The notes under the pieces are model-generated. The model ran no database searches, was not told the origin of the DNA, and saw only the letters and a program-made list of their open reading frames with translations. The translations under genes were made by a program, and so were the position numbers. This document shows positions 1 through 8,108 of a stretch of DNA of 64,000 nucleotides, piece after piece. The stretch comes from Gemmatimonadales bacterium (GTDB lineage: Bacteria; Gemmatimonadota; Gemmatimonadetes; Gemmatimonadales; GWC2-71-9): the NCBI GenBank assembly GCA_965248285.1, contig CBDFJJ010000007.1, positions 109,209-173,208 on the forward strand, written 5' to 3'. Position 1 is the first letter of the stretch; each line of letters begins with the position of its first letter.

Positions 1-73
1 GAGCACCAACCGGCGCAGCGCCCGGCGAGTGGAGCCTTCACCCTCCGGTCGCGGGCCGCCGGCCGGGCGATGC

Positions 74-988
74 TTAACCGACACGTACCTGGAACGTGAC
101 GGTGCCACTGTCACCACCTTGGATTGTGCCGATGCGGAAAACGACCCGGTTGCCGCCGACGTCGAAGACCCCCTCGTCGTCGCCGGCTGCGTCGGTTAGC
201 GACGTGCCGTTCCACCGCAAGGTGCCGGGAACGTACGACGTACCAATCGGAATGGGATCTTTGATCTCGAAATTGGTCGCCGTGTTCGTACCGCTGGCGC
301 TGTAGGTGATCGTGTACGTCAGGATGTCGCCGATCGTCGCACTGGTGCGGTCGACCAGCTTGTTCAGGCTCACCACGATCCCGACATCGCGAATCTCCAG
401 CACATCGAGCAGCCCGTCGGACTCGGATGCGTCGAACTCACTGGTGACGACGACGCTGATCGTATCGATCGTGCCCCGGACCGTTGCCAATCCGGGGACG
501 TCGATCACTACGAGGAGTTCGGCGGTGGCGCCCATCGCCAACATGATGGGACCGGTCACTCGGGGATCGCCCGCGTCCAGCGCGCCATCCGCATTCACGT
601 CGCGGTGCACCCGAACCGGCCATCCCATCCGCGACGTCGCGACGACCGTCGTGCTGTCGGTCCCATTGCCCATGTTGGTGAGCGTGTGATTGTATACCAC
701 GGTCGTCGCGGGGTCACTCACGGCGGAGCGCGGTGGCTCGAGGTCCGTGCCCGCCACCTGCGCGACGACCATGGCGAGCGTATCGGAATACGCCGTAAAA
801 ATCAGACCGTTGGGCGCCTCGTAGCTTGCCTCCGCAAACGAGTTGATTTGCGTCCCCGCCGGCGTCTGCGCCCACACAACAGGGGCGAAGAGAGCCAGCA
901 CGGGGAAGAAGCAGATGGCCCGGCCAATCTGGTGGCCGAATCCGGGCCTCTGTCCTGCCGTACCGTGCAACACCCCAAACAACCGCAT
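74..988 (-). CDS. Secreted DUF11 (conserved repeat domain) protein, P1
   Basis: ORF 74..1003 trimmed to ATG 988: AGGAGA SD lies 6 nt upstream, and 1003 is a TTG inside that SD. Signal peptide ..FFPVLALFAPVVWAQT. C-terminal module LNKLVDRTSATIGDILTYTITY..IKDPIPIGTSYVPGT..GTVTFQVRV fits the DUF11 pattern (family knowledge, no search run). Confidence 0.75.
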   Translation of the reverse strand: MRLFGVLHGTAGQRPGFGHQIGRAICFFPVLALFAPVVWAQTPAGTQINSFAEASYEAPNGLIFTAYSDTLAMVVAQVAGTDLEPPRSAVSDPATTVVYNHTLTNMGNGTDSTTVVATSRMGWPVRVHRDVNADGALDAGDPRVTGPIMLAMGATAELLVVIDVPGLATVRGTIDTISVVVTSEFDASESDGLLDVLEIRDVGIVVSLNKLVDRTSATIGDILTYTITYSASGTNTATNFEIKDPIPIGTSYVPGTLRWNGTSLTDAAGDDEGVFDVGGNRVVFRIGTIQGGDSGTVTFQVRVG

Positions 989-1041
989 TGTTGTTCTCCT
1001 CAACGTCGAATGATTCCGTACTCGATTCCGTGCCTCTTAAA

Positions 1042-1058
1042 GGCACGATGCGTGCCAC
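1042..1058 (-). promoter_or_regulatory. sigma-54 type -24/-12 promoter A (drives P1)
   Basis: Minus strand reads GTGGCACGCATCGTGCC. TGGCACG is at -24 and GTGC at -12, with exact GG-N10-GC spacing. It lies about 55 nt upstream of ATG 988. Confidence 0.6.
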
Positions 1059-1082
1059 AGAGGACCCCACGGTGTCACATGT

Positions 1083-1090
1083 AAGTTGTT
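1083..1090 (-). promoter_or_regulatory. Conserved AAGTYRTT box A between upstream motif and promoter
   Basis: Plus strand AAGTTGTT, 25 nt beyond the -24 hexamer. The same octamer occupies the equivalent position at promoters B, C and D. Confidence 0.4.
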
Positions 1091-1148
1091 GTTGGAATTA
1101 GACTTGTGGAGTTGTATCGCAAGGTGGATTTGTTGGCCGAGCCATCAC

Positions 1149-1176
1149 GTTACTGAATGGTAACTAACCACGTAAC
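1149..1176. promoter_or_regulatory. 28-bp tripartite upstream motif A (candidate enhancer/UAS)
   Basis: Plus strand GTTAC-TGAAT-GGTAAC-TAACCAC-GTAAC, 91 nt upstream of the -24 element of promoter A. Confidence 0.6.
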
Positions 1177-1377
1177 AGATACCGTTTGGTGTCGCTGCGG
1201 TAACCGCGGTGCTTTGTGGGGCGACAGCGTCTCTGGGGCTCAAGCCCTCCACGAGTCGTGAATCGGGTCGACTAATCGAATACTCGCGGTAGACCCCGGC
1301 TTGCGCCGGCGTCCCATCCGCTCATACGTCGGGCGAATGGGACGGCGGCGGTGACTCATGCTAACCCACACGGATCG

Positions 1378-2628
1378 CTAGTTAATGGTCACTTCGATCC
1401 AGAAGTAGACCGAGCTGCCTGCGGCCAGCGAGGGTAGCGTTGCATCTACGTGCTCGGGCGGACCGTTGAGCTTGGTTATCGTCCACCCGCTTGCGTCATC
1501 GCCGTGGGTCACATAGCTGACCTCGCTCGGGAGATCGTCGTCCACGTCAATGCTGCTGGCGGCTGCCGTACCCGATGCGTTGCTGACGGTGACCTTGTAC
1601 CAGATCGACTGACCCGGCAGCACGTCGCCGCTCACAGGGGTCGTCAATCCGGCGTCCGTAAAGGCCTCTTTGGTGATCGTCACGCTGGGACGGATCACGG
1701 TGAGATCCGCGAAGCCGTCGTCGAACGTCGCCGGAGTCGTCACCGACCTGCCGCGTAAGTAAACGGTGTCTTGGGTTCCGGCGGCTACGTTGAGCACCGA
1801 GTAGACGACGACGATCGTCGTCGATGCGCCCGCCGCCAGATTGATGCGAGTGCTGTCTCCCGCCACGGCGTTGACCGACACGATTGCGATGTCGCTCGCG
1901 TCCTCAAACGACGCCAGAAGGTCGAAATCCTCCGGGCCGTTACCGTTGTTCTGCACGGTAAACTGGAACGTGTAGTCCGTGCCGTTGCTCGGCAGGTGCT
2001 GCAGGTTCTGTCCACCGTCCGGCGTCACGGTCACGGCGAACGTTTCGCTGGCGTTGATATCGTAGTCGCCTGCATCCGACTCTCCGCCATCGCGAACGGA
2101 CGTAGCCGTCAACTGGTAGTTGGCGCTCAGGCCACCCTTGCTAGAGGGTACGTCGTATGTCACCGTGATGATCGTTGACGCGCCCGCCGTGAGCTGGTAG
2201 GTCGAAAGAGCGGTGTTCAGAAGTGCGAGGGTGGCGTAGTTCCCCGCATTAAAGTTGTAGTTGGTGACGGAGATAACCGTGGGATCACCCGTGATCGACT
2301 CGGCGACCTGCACCGTATCGACGCCGTTACCGACGTTCTGAACGGTCAACGCCATCGTGCCACCAGTGCTTGGGGACGCTGGACTCTGCGATCCGCCGTC
2401 TGGCGTGAATGACAGACCGGCCTGGAAGCCCACCGTGATCGCCACGGAGCCGTTCACCGGCGTGTACGTGTTGCCGTTGGCGTCAGTCCACGACACCGTC
2501 GCGGTGTTGGTGATGACGGTGCCTTCCGCCGTTTGGGCCCGTGCTGCCGTGACGGCGACGGCCATGATGATGCCGCTCAACGCCACGGTTCGAGCCAAAG
2601 CTTTCAAGTGCAACATGCGTTTCTCCAT
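1378..2628 (-). CDS. Secreted multi-module protein with C-terminal DUF11-like module, P2
   Basis: Signal peptide MLHLKALARTVALSGIIMAVAVTAARAQT. Internal modules: ..FTPDGG..LTVQNVGNG.. and ..TVTPDGGQNLQHLPSNGTDYTFQFTVQNNGNG... C-terminal module: ITKEAF..GQSIWYKVTVSNASG..DLPSEVSYV... Start is 2628 or ATG 2616 (GGAG SD). It lies only 22 nt downstream of P3, so the two are probably co-transcribed. Confidence 0.7.
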   Translation of the reverse strand: MEKRMLHLKALARTVALSGIIMAVAVTAARAQTAEGTVITNTATVSWTDANGNTYTPVNGSVAITVGFQAGLSFTPDGGSQSPASPSTGGTMALTVQNVGNGVDTVQVAESITGDPTVISVTNYNFNAGNYATLALLNTALSTYQLTAGASTIITVTYDVPSSKGGLSANYQLTATSVRDGGESDAGDYDINASETFAVTVTPDGGQNLQHLPSNGTDYTFQFTVQNNGNGPEDFDLLASFEDASDIAIVSVNAVAGDSTRINLAAGASTTIVVVYSVLNVAAGTQDTVYLRGRSVTTPATFDDGFADLTVIRPSVTITKEAFTDAGLTTPVSGDVLPGQSIWYKVTVSNASGTAAASSIDVDDDLPSEVSYVTHGDDASGWTITKLNGPPEHVDATLPSLAAGSSVYFWIEVTIN

Positions 2629-2650
2629 TCCTTAAGAAAGGCGCGCTCTG

Positions 2651-3211
2651 TTAACGCCTCGACGCCCTGGGCTCTTTGCCAGGCTCTTGTGATGTGGCGT
2701 TCGCCACCAGCTTCGCTTCGAATTCTGCGGTGACCTGCACGCCGGGCTGCACCCAATCCTGGACGAGCCAGCGTATGTGGGTGTACCGCTCCGGCGGCGC
2801 CGGCCGCCTGATCGAACGGCCGTCAACCAGCACATCGACCAGCGGCTGTGTCGAATAGGTCAAACCACCGTCGATTGAGTACTCGATGACGACGTCGTCG
2901 CGGTCGGACAGAGCCGAGCCATCCACATAGGTCAGACCGGAGGGGATCGGGTCCTTCAACTCGATTCCGCGGACGGGTGCGTCGATGATGTTCGTGAACA
3001 CCAGCCGGTACAGCACCACGTCGCCGGCGAACAATGCTTGGGCGTCACCACCGCGCTCGGCGTGTCCGCGATGCATGGCGTCGCCCGCCATGAGATTCTC
3101 AGCCGTGATCACCAGCGCCTTGCGACCCTCGGCGTCCTGTGCGGCCGCCGGCGTGCTCCAAGACGCAGCGACCATAGCCGCCAATGCCAATACCTCTCGC
3201 CAGTGCTTCAT
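2651..3211 (-). CDS. Secreted DUF11 protein, P3
   Basis: ORF 2651..3301 trimmed to ATG 3211 (AGGAGA SD 7 nt upstream); the 3301 start would overlap promoter B. Signal peptide MKHWREVLALAAMVAASWSTPAAAQD. DUF11-like core: VVLYRLVFTNIIDAPVRGIELKDPIPSGLTYVDGS..IEYSIDGG. Confidence 0.7.
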   Translation of the reverse strand: MKHWREVLALAAMVAASWSTPAAAQDAEGRKALVITAENLMAGDAMHRGHAERGGDAQALFAGDVVLYRLVFTNIIDAPVRGIELKDPIPSGLTYVDGSALSDRDDVVIEYSIDGGLTYSTQPLVDVLVDGRSIRRPAPPERYTHIRWLVQDWVQPGVQVTAEFEAKLVANATSQEPGKEPRASRR

Positions 3212-3296
3212 CGCTCGATCTCCTGTTCTCTGGGTCCGGCTGGCGACGGTATTCGCCGCGTCGACAGCCTTTTGCTGTTCATGCGGGGGTGTAAAG

Positions 3297-3312
3297 AGCA
3301 TGCGGCATGCCG
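3297..3312 (-). promoter_or_regulatory. sigma-54 type -24/-12 promoter B (drives P3-P2)
   Basis: Minus strand reads CGGCATGCCGCATGCT. GG and GC are at the exact N10 spacing and the -12 region is ATGCT. It lies about 85 nt upstream of ATG 3211. Confidence 0.45.
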
Positions 3313-3341
3313 CGGGGTCACCGCGCGGTACGAGATCACAT

Positions 3342-3349
3342 AAGTTGTT
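3342..3349 (-). promoter_or_regulatory. Conserved AAGTYRTT box B
   Basis: Plus strand AAGTTGTT, 29 nt beyond the -24 hexamer of promoter B. Confidence 0.4.
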
Positions 3350-3409
3350 TCTTGACAGGTATTTACGGTGTCAGAACCGACCGGTTGTCACGAATTCGGC
3401 TGCTGCTGC

Positions 3410-3437
3410 GTTACCGAGAAGTAACAATATCGGTAAC
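3410..3437. promoter_or_regulatory. 28-bp tripartite upstream motif B
   Basis: Plus strand GTTAC-CGAGA-AGTAAC-AATATCG-GTAAC, 97 nt upstream of the -24 element of promoter B. Confidence 0.6.
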
Positions 3438-3612
3438 GGAATCCGTAGCGGAGGAGGGGTTCGGGGCGGCCGGACGTGGAGGCATCAACGAGGTCCGTGG
3501 CGCGGTGTTATGTCACTATTCACCACACTCGCTGCGAGCAATGCTCAGCTTGCGGGGCCTCCAGGATAGGGTGATCCGTCCGGTGCCGTTCGGGCCTGGA
3601 CCCCGAGCGCCG

Positions 3613-5178
3613 TCAGGATATCCTGCACACGAACTCCACTGTGCCGGTGTTGTCGGGTGCCGAGAAACCCAGGACATTCAGTAGGGTCCAGCGGATTCGG
3701 TCGACGCAGCCGTCGTAGTTGGCCGGGGCGCCACACCCGGTGGAGATCGGCACGTAGGTCCAGCTGCTACCGCCATCGTTGGAGTATTCGACCGTTACGC
3801 CGATTCCGACCGGCAAGTTGTTGACGACGCTCCCAACCTTGAACTCCACCTCAGCCGGCAACGAGTCCACGATCACCACACCGGCAGCGTCCTGGCTGCC
3901 GTCGTTGGTGACGGTGACCGTGTAGGTGAGGTCGGTGCCCGGGAGTTGCGTTCCGTTGGGATTGACCGACTTGGAGGTGGTCATACTCGGCTTAACCAGC
4001 TCCACGAACGCCGAGCCCGAGTCGGTGGAGTTGCTGTTGCTCACCGCCCGGCCCATGAGATACAGCGAGTCCAGGGTTCCGAGGGCGGCGTCCGAGACCT
4101 GGAACCACACGAAGGCGCTGTCACTTGAACTGGCGGGTATGTCGGCGATTCGCGCGCTGTCCGGGTCGGCTCCCCGGGTCACGTTGGGTCCGGTGACCGA
4201 ATCCGTCGTGAGGATGGTTGCGGAGTAGCCGAACAGATCGAAGGACTGGACGGCACCCGACGAGTTCGTGACCGTGAACTTGTACGACGTCGCCGTTCCG
4301 TTGCTGGGAAGAAGCCCCAACGTGTCCGCTCCATCGGGCGTGACGGTAAAGGCCACGGGCTGCACGGGTGCGATGGCAATCGTAACCGTTCTCGACTGCT
4401 CCGTATCCGTCAGCGAGAACGTCGACGTGCCACTCGAGCCCGCCGTCGCCTGGACCACGTAGCCGGCGCCGCCGGACACCGTGCCGCTGGCCGGGTCGCT
4501 CTCGTCCATGGTGATAGCCGTGTGTCCCGAGAGCCCCGGACTGTCTATTGTCACGTCGTCCTCGTCGAAGGCCCCCATGCGCACGATGAGCGTGTTGTCC
4601 ACCGTCGTCGTGACGGCGGGGCTGGTCGGCGTGGAGTTATTTCCGTCTTCGGCGGCGGCGACCACATGGATCGGTGCGGCGGCATCGTGGCCGGTAAAAC
4701 GCATCATCCAGGCATACACCTGCTGGGTGCCCGACCACGTGAACTGATGGGTCGCTGACTCCGACGCGCCGGCGAGCTTCCACCAGACGGCCAGCGTCAC
4801 TTCGTTGTTGTAGGCGCCCACGTCGATGAGCGTCCATCCCTCACCCCCAGGCGGGCTGATCGACGCAGCCGTGTTCCCGTCGGTCGCCACCGCGACGACC
4901 AGGAGGTCCCCATTGCTCGTGCCACACGGGATGGGAACGTCGATGGATAGCACGTTGCTGCTCGCCTTCGCCTCCGCGCCGCCCTCGTAGCGCACCGGGG
5001 CACCGCCCGGCGTCCCGAAGCACCCCTGGGCGAGAGCCGGTGGCGCGAAGATCCCGCCCGCCACGAGGAGAGCGACGCCCAAGAACAGCGTTCTCGGGTT
5101 GAGGAGAGAGAGCGCCAGGCCACGGCTCCCGGCGGTCCTAGGGACCGACGAGCTCAACCCGCTCCCCGAAATCAGCAT
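3613..5178 (-). CDS. Large secreted protein with C-terminal DUF11 module, P4
   Basis: ORF 3613..5280 begins with TTG; ATG 5178 is the more likely start (GGAGAGGAAAG upstream). Hydrophobic signal ..LFLGVALLVAGGIFAPPALAQG. Central module FTVTPDGADTLGLLPSNGTATSYKFTVTNSSG is shared with P2. C-terminal module: GTDLTYTVTVTNDGSQDAAGVVIVDSLPAEVEF..VEYSNDGGSSW. Confidence 0.7.
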   Translation of the reverse strand: MLISGSGLSSSVPRTAGSRGLALSLLNPRTLFLGVALLVAGGIFAPPALAQGCFGTPGGAPVRYEGGAEAKASSNVLSIDVPIPCGTSNGDLLVVAVATDGNTAASISPPGGEGWTLIDVGAYNNEVTLAVWWKLAGASESATHQFTWSGTQQVYAWMMRFTGHDAAAPIHVVAAAEDGNNSTPTSPAVTTTVDNTLIVRMGAFDEDDVTIDSPGLSGHTAITMDESDPASGTVSGGAGYVVQATAGSSGTSTFSLTDTEQSRTVTIAIAPVQPVAFTVTPDGADTLGLLPSNGTATSYKFTVTNSSGAVQSFDLFGYSATILTTDSVTGPNVTRGADPDSARIADIPASSSDSAFVWFQVSDAALGTLDSLYLMGRAVSNSNSTDSGSAFVELVKPSMTTSKSVNPNGTQLPGTDLTYTVTVTNDGSQDAAGVVIVDSLPAEVEFKVGSVVNNLPVGIGVTVEYSNDGGSSWTYVPISTGCGAPANYDGCVDRIRWTLLNVLGFSAPDNTGTVEFVCRIS

Positions 5179-5276
5179 TGACAGCTTTCCTCTCCGAAGG
5201 CGAGGACCACAACGGACCGCGCAACCAGGTGTGCCCCCGGACTCCGTCCAACAATCAGATCGCTGGCTCTCATGGC

Positions 5277-5486
5277 TCAACGAACACGCCGCGCGTCGGG
5301 TTCAAGGTCGTTCTCCCTGCACTTGTCCTGTGGCGCCACACGACCGCGGGGGGGAAGCCGATCGTTCAAATGCGGCTCCCGCCACGCGAACGGCTGGCCG
5401 CATACGGGACAGACAACCAGACTGCCCATCACGCCGCCGAACGGGTATTGGCGACTGCGACAGCATTTTGGACACGTGAGTCTCAG
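5277..5486 (-). CDS. Candidate 69-aa zinc-ribbon protein, absent from the ORF track (non-canonical start)
   Basis: My own translation of the minus strand gives (L/M)RLTCPKCCRSRQYPFGGVMGSLVVCPVCGQPFAWREPHLNDRLPPRGRVAPQDKCRENDLEPDARRVR*, with two CxxC pairs 18 residues apart. GGAGG SD at 5493-5497 lies 6 nt before CTG 5486, and no ATG/GTG/TTG precedes the first CxxC. Its stop TGA (5277-5279) overlaps TTG 5280 of the P4 ORF (GTTGA). It sits in the otherwise empty ~340-nt leader downstream of promoter C. Confidence 0.4.
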   Translation of the reverse strand: MRLTCPKCCRSRQYPFGGVMGSLVVCPVCGQPFAWREPHLNDRLPPRGRVAPQDKCRENDLEPDARRVR

Positions 5487-5526
5487 CCTTCACCTCCCGA
5501 TGCGAGAATCTTGCGCCACATCAGCA

Positions 5527-5542
5527 AGCATGGCTCATGCCA
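5527..5542 (-). promoter_or_regulatory. sigma-54 type -24/-12 promoter C (drives zinc-ribbon ORF and P4)
   Basis: Minus strand reads TGGCATGAGCCATGCT: TGGCAT at -24, ATGC at -12, exact GG-N10-GC spacing. Confidence 0.5.
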
Positions 5543-5570
5543 GCCCAGACGCAGCTTCTAAAAAAGCGTG

Positions 5571-5578
5571 AAGTTGTT
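5571..5578 (-). promoter_or_regulatory. Conserved AAGTYRTT box C
   Basis: Plus strand AAGTTGTT, 28 nt beyond the -24 hexamer of promoter C. Confidence 0.4.
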
Positions 5579-5637
5579 GCTGTAAAATGACTTACACGTC
5601 TAGACGGGGAGGGGGTTGCGGCTAAGCATACGGTGCT

Positions 5638-5665
5638 GTTACGAAATGGTAACGCACCATGTAAC
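5638..5665. promoter_or_regulatory. 28-bp tripartite upstream motif C
   Basis: Plus strand GTTAC-GAAAT-GGTAAC-GCACCAT-GTAAC, 95 nt upstream of the -24 element of promoter C. Confidence 0.6.
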
Positions 5666-5728
5666 GGAGTGCGGGGTTAGAGGCGAGGTCTTGCGGGGTT
5701 CAAGGCCGCCTCCATCACCAAGGCGGTC

Positions 5729-7201
5729 TCACAGCAGACCGTGCTTCTTGCGCTTCTCCCACAAATTCTTGCGCGAGATACCAAGGATCTCAGCAGCTTT
5801 CTCCACAGCCCCGTCGCACGCATCCATAGTGCGGCCGATATACTTCTTTTCGGCCCCGGCCAGCGTCAGGCCCTTAGGAATCTCGAAAGCCGCGTCGGAC
5901 TCTGTGTTCGCCGTGGTAACGTCGAGACGTCCGAACTCCGGCAGGTCGGTGGTCTGGAGCACGGCGCCCGCGGCGAAGATCATGGCCCATTCCATGACGT
6001 TTCTGAGTTCCCGCACGTTGCCGGGCCAGTTCCACTCCTGCAGCACCTGGGCGGCCTCCGGGCTGATCGACCGTACCTCCTTGCGGAACTCCCGGTTGAA
6101 CACCCCCAGGAAATGGTCGGCCAGGAGCGCGATGTCCTCCTTGACGTCCCGGAGAGATGGTAGGCAATGGGTGGCGACGCTGATCCGATAGTAGAGGTCG
6201 TTGCGAAACCGCCCGGCGCGGACCGCCTCATCCAAGTCGCGGTTCGTGGCAGTGATCAGCCGGAGGGCAACCTCGATCTCCTCCGTCCCACCGATCCGGC
6301 GAAACTGGCGGGACTCGAAGAAGTTGAGGAGCTTGGCCTGAAGCTCGGGGGAGAGATCTCCGATCTCGTCGAGAAACAGGGTCCCGCCGTCTGCCACTTC
6401 AACCAGGCCCCGCTTTGACTCGCGGGCGTCCGTGAACGCTCCCTTCTGGTGGCCGAACAGCTCCGCCTCGATAAGCTGGGGGGGCAGCGCCGAGCAGTTG
6501 ATTTCGACGAACCGCCCCTCCGAATCTGGGCTCGAGTAGTGGATCGCGCGAGCCACCAGGTTCTTCCCCGTTCCGCTCTCGCCAAGCAGCAGCACCGTCG
6601 GCCGTGGGATGTCGGCGATCTGGCGGACGAACTGGCGGACCTCCTCAATTCTCGGGTGCTCACCGAGAATCGCACGAACGGAGAATTCCTCCCGCCGCAC
6701 CTGCCGGAGGGTCGTAGCTTCCTCACGCAGCGGTCGCTCGTCGAGAGCGCGCTTGAGTAGTGCGTTGAACTCGTCGATGTTAACTGGCTTGGTCAGGTAG
6801 TCGGTTGCGCCGGCTTTCAACGCCTCAATTGCTGTCGCCATTTCCGCGTGGGCAGTGACGACGAAAATTGGCAGATGCGGGTCGCGCCCACGAAGCCGCC
6901 GCGTCACGTCGATGCCGCTGAGACCGGGCATCACGAGGTCGGTGACGATCGCATCGGGCAAGTCTTCCGCGCACCGCGCGAAGAGTTTTTCGGGATCGTC
7001 GAAGACTTCCCCGCGCAAGCGAGCCGCCGGATCGAGGTTGGCGGCTAGTAGCTTTGCAAAATCGAGGTCGTCATCCAGGATATAGATTCTCGGTATCACA
7101 AGTCGAATAATTGCGTCGAAGAGGTTGAGCCACAAGCCGCGCACTCCCGCCTCGAGACAGGGCGCGAATGGAGCCACGTTCATCGTCCTCGTGATCGACA
7201 C
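5729..7201 (-). CDS. sigma-54-dependent response regulator (NtrC-type enhancer-binding protein: REC + AAA+ + Fis-type HTH)
   Basis: REC domain: [21 protein letters not shown]+ domain: Walker [16 protein letters not shown], sigma-54 contact loop KGAFTDA (a GAFTGA variant), Walker [12 protein letters not shown], and [14 protein letters not shown]-terminal HTH: [21 protein letters not shown]. Confidence 0.9.
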   Translation of the reverse strand: MSITRTMNVAPFAPCLEAGVRGLWLNLFDAIIRLVIPRIYILDDDLDFAKLLAANLDPAARLRGEVFDDPEKLFARCAEDLPDAIVTDLVMPGLSGIDVTRRLRGRDPHLPIFVVTAHAEMATAIEALKAGATDYLTKPVNIDEFNALLKRALDERPLREEATTLRQVRREEFSVRAILGEHPRIEEVRQFVRQIADIPRPTVLLLGESGTGKNLVARAIHYSSPDSEGRFVEINCSALPPQLIEAELFGHQKGAFTDARESKRGLVEVADGGTLFLDEIGDLSPELQAKLLNFFESRQFRRIGGTEEIEVALRLITATNRDLDEAVRAGRFRNDLYYRISVATHCLPSLRDVKEDIALLADHFLGVFNREFRKEVRSISPEAAQVLQEWNWPGNVRELRNVMEWAMIFAAGAVLQTTDLPEFGRLDVTTANTESDAAFEIPKGLTLAGAEKKYIGRTMDACDGAVEKAAEILGISRKNLWEKRKKHGLL

Positions 7202-7322
7202 TACTGGCGTCGGTGGCGAAGGTTACGCGGTCGTCTAACTGAGGCTAAGCCCAGACGTGGTTGCGATCGCAAACACCTCCCCGACGACGCCGACGCTATC
7301 GCCGGACCGAATTGGTCCGCGA

Positions 7323-7928
7323 TCAAGGGGTCATATTGGATCGCAAGTTTGGGACCAATAGGAGAGGCATATCTGTCATAGGAACGATCGTGTCCGCCGG
7401 CTGGAACGGCACCGGGATCGGTGCCGGTGAAGGCACTTTGCTGTTGGCGTTTCCGATCGCCGAACCGGCTCCGGTTGAGACCAACACGAACGCCGCGAAA
7501 GCGCCCGCTCGAATCATCCGTCGCTTGAAGTTCCGCGAAAGACGAGCCTCGAGGGCGCGGGTTTTCGTTCGCAGGACCGCTTTCTCCGCCCCCCTTTCGA
7601 TGGCCACCGCCAGGTGATCCAGGGCAACCGGCTTTGCTAGAAAGTTCTCCGCGCCAACGCGCATCGCTCGTACGGCGTCCTCGATTTCAGCCTGCCCGGT
7701 GAGCATGATCACCACCGCACGCTTCTCGCGCAGTCGATCCAACACCTCCATCCCTGACATGCCAGGCATCTTGAGGTCCAGCACCGTGACCTGAGGAGAA
7801 ACACGTTTCCAGGTTGCAATGCCTTCGGAACCCGACGCCGCCGTGTATACCGCGTGCCCAAGCTGCCGGAGGTGTGTGCTCAGGAGGTTCAGAAGATCGA
7901 CATCGTCGTCAATGATGAGAATACGCAT
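7323..7928 (-). CDS. Receiver (REC) domain protein with a C-terminal hydrophobic helix and no output domain
   Basis: ORF 7323..7961 trimmed to ATG 7928 (GGAG SD 8 nt upstream). REC: MRILIIDDDVDLL..VLDLKMPGMSG..LAKP. This is followed by ..RRMIRAGAFAAFVLVSTGAGSAIG.. (predicted TM) and a Pro-rich tail. Confidence 0.75.
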   Translation of the reverse strand: MRILIIDDDVDLLNLLSTHLRQLGHAVYTAASGSEGIATWKRVSPQVTVLDLKMPGMSGMEVLDRLREKRAVVIMLTGQAEIEDAVRAMRVGAENFLAKPVALDHLAVAIERGAEKAVLRTKTRALEARLSRNFKRRMIRAGAFAAFVLVSTGAGSAIGNANSKVPSPAPIPVPFQPADTIVPMTDMPLLLVPNLRSNMTP

Positions 7929-7966
7929 GGGTTTCGCTCCAAGTGGCAGCTTCCACCTCACTCAAC

Positions 7967-7982
7967 AGCAGGAGACGTGCCA
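7967..7982 (-). promoter_or_regulatory. sigma-54 type -24/-12 promoter D (drives the REC-TM / EBP operon)
   Basis: Minus strand reads TGGCACGTCTCCTGCT: TGGCACG at -24, CTGC at -12, exact spacing. It lies about 40 nt upstream of ATG 7928. Confidence 0.6.
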
Positions 7983-8010
7983 CTCGGGGACGGGCGCTGG
8001 CCGACCCTGT

Positions 8011-8018
8011 AAGTCATT
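8011..8018 (-). promoter_or_regulatory. Conserved AAGTYRTT box D (variant AAGTCATT)
   Basis: 28 nt beyond the -24 hexamer of promoter D. Two further AAGTTG copies follow at 8023-8034. Confidence 0.3.
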
Positions 8019-8079
8019 ATTCAAGTTGAAGTTGCGGTGTTTCAGCGAGGTGGCTGCGCCTGGTGACCGGGAAACTATG

Positions 8080-8107
8080 GTTACTAGACGGGAACCACCA
8101 GCGTCAC
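8080..8107. promoter_or_regulatory. 28-bp tripartite upstream motif D1 (degenerate)
   Basis: Plus strand GTTAC-TAGAC-GGGAAC-CACCAGC-GTCAC, 97 nt from the -24 element of promoter D. Confidence 0.5.
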
Positions 8108-8108
8108 T

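Noticed and set aside
1293-1341. Two GC-rich hairpins downstream of P2 (CCGGC-TTGC-GCCGG and CCCATCCGC..GCGAATGGG), considered as intrinsic terminators.
   Set aside because: No U-tract follows either on the transcribed strand, one stem is only 5 bp and the other contains a mismatch. I cannot support a terminator call.
5302-5493. A 63-aa ORF (MKAETHVSKMLSQ..) from the ORF track in the P4 leader.
   Set aside because: Its GTG is embedded in the GGAGG sequence with no spacing, and the translation is featureless. The overlapping frame with two CxxC pairs is the better candidate.
7202-7322. A possible separate sigma-54 promoter for the EBP gene in the 121-nt gap after the REC-TM gene.
   Set aside because: No GG-N10-GC match was found in the correct orientation. 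Co-transcription from promoter D is the simpler reading.
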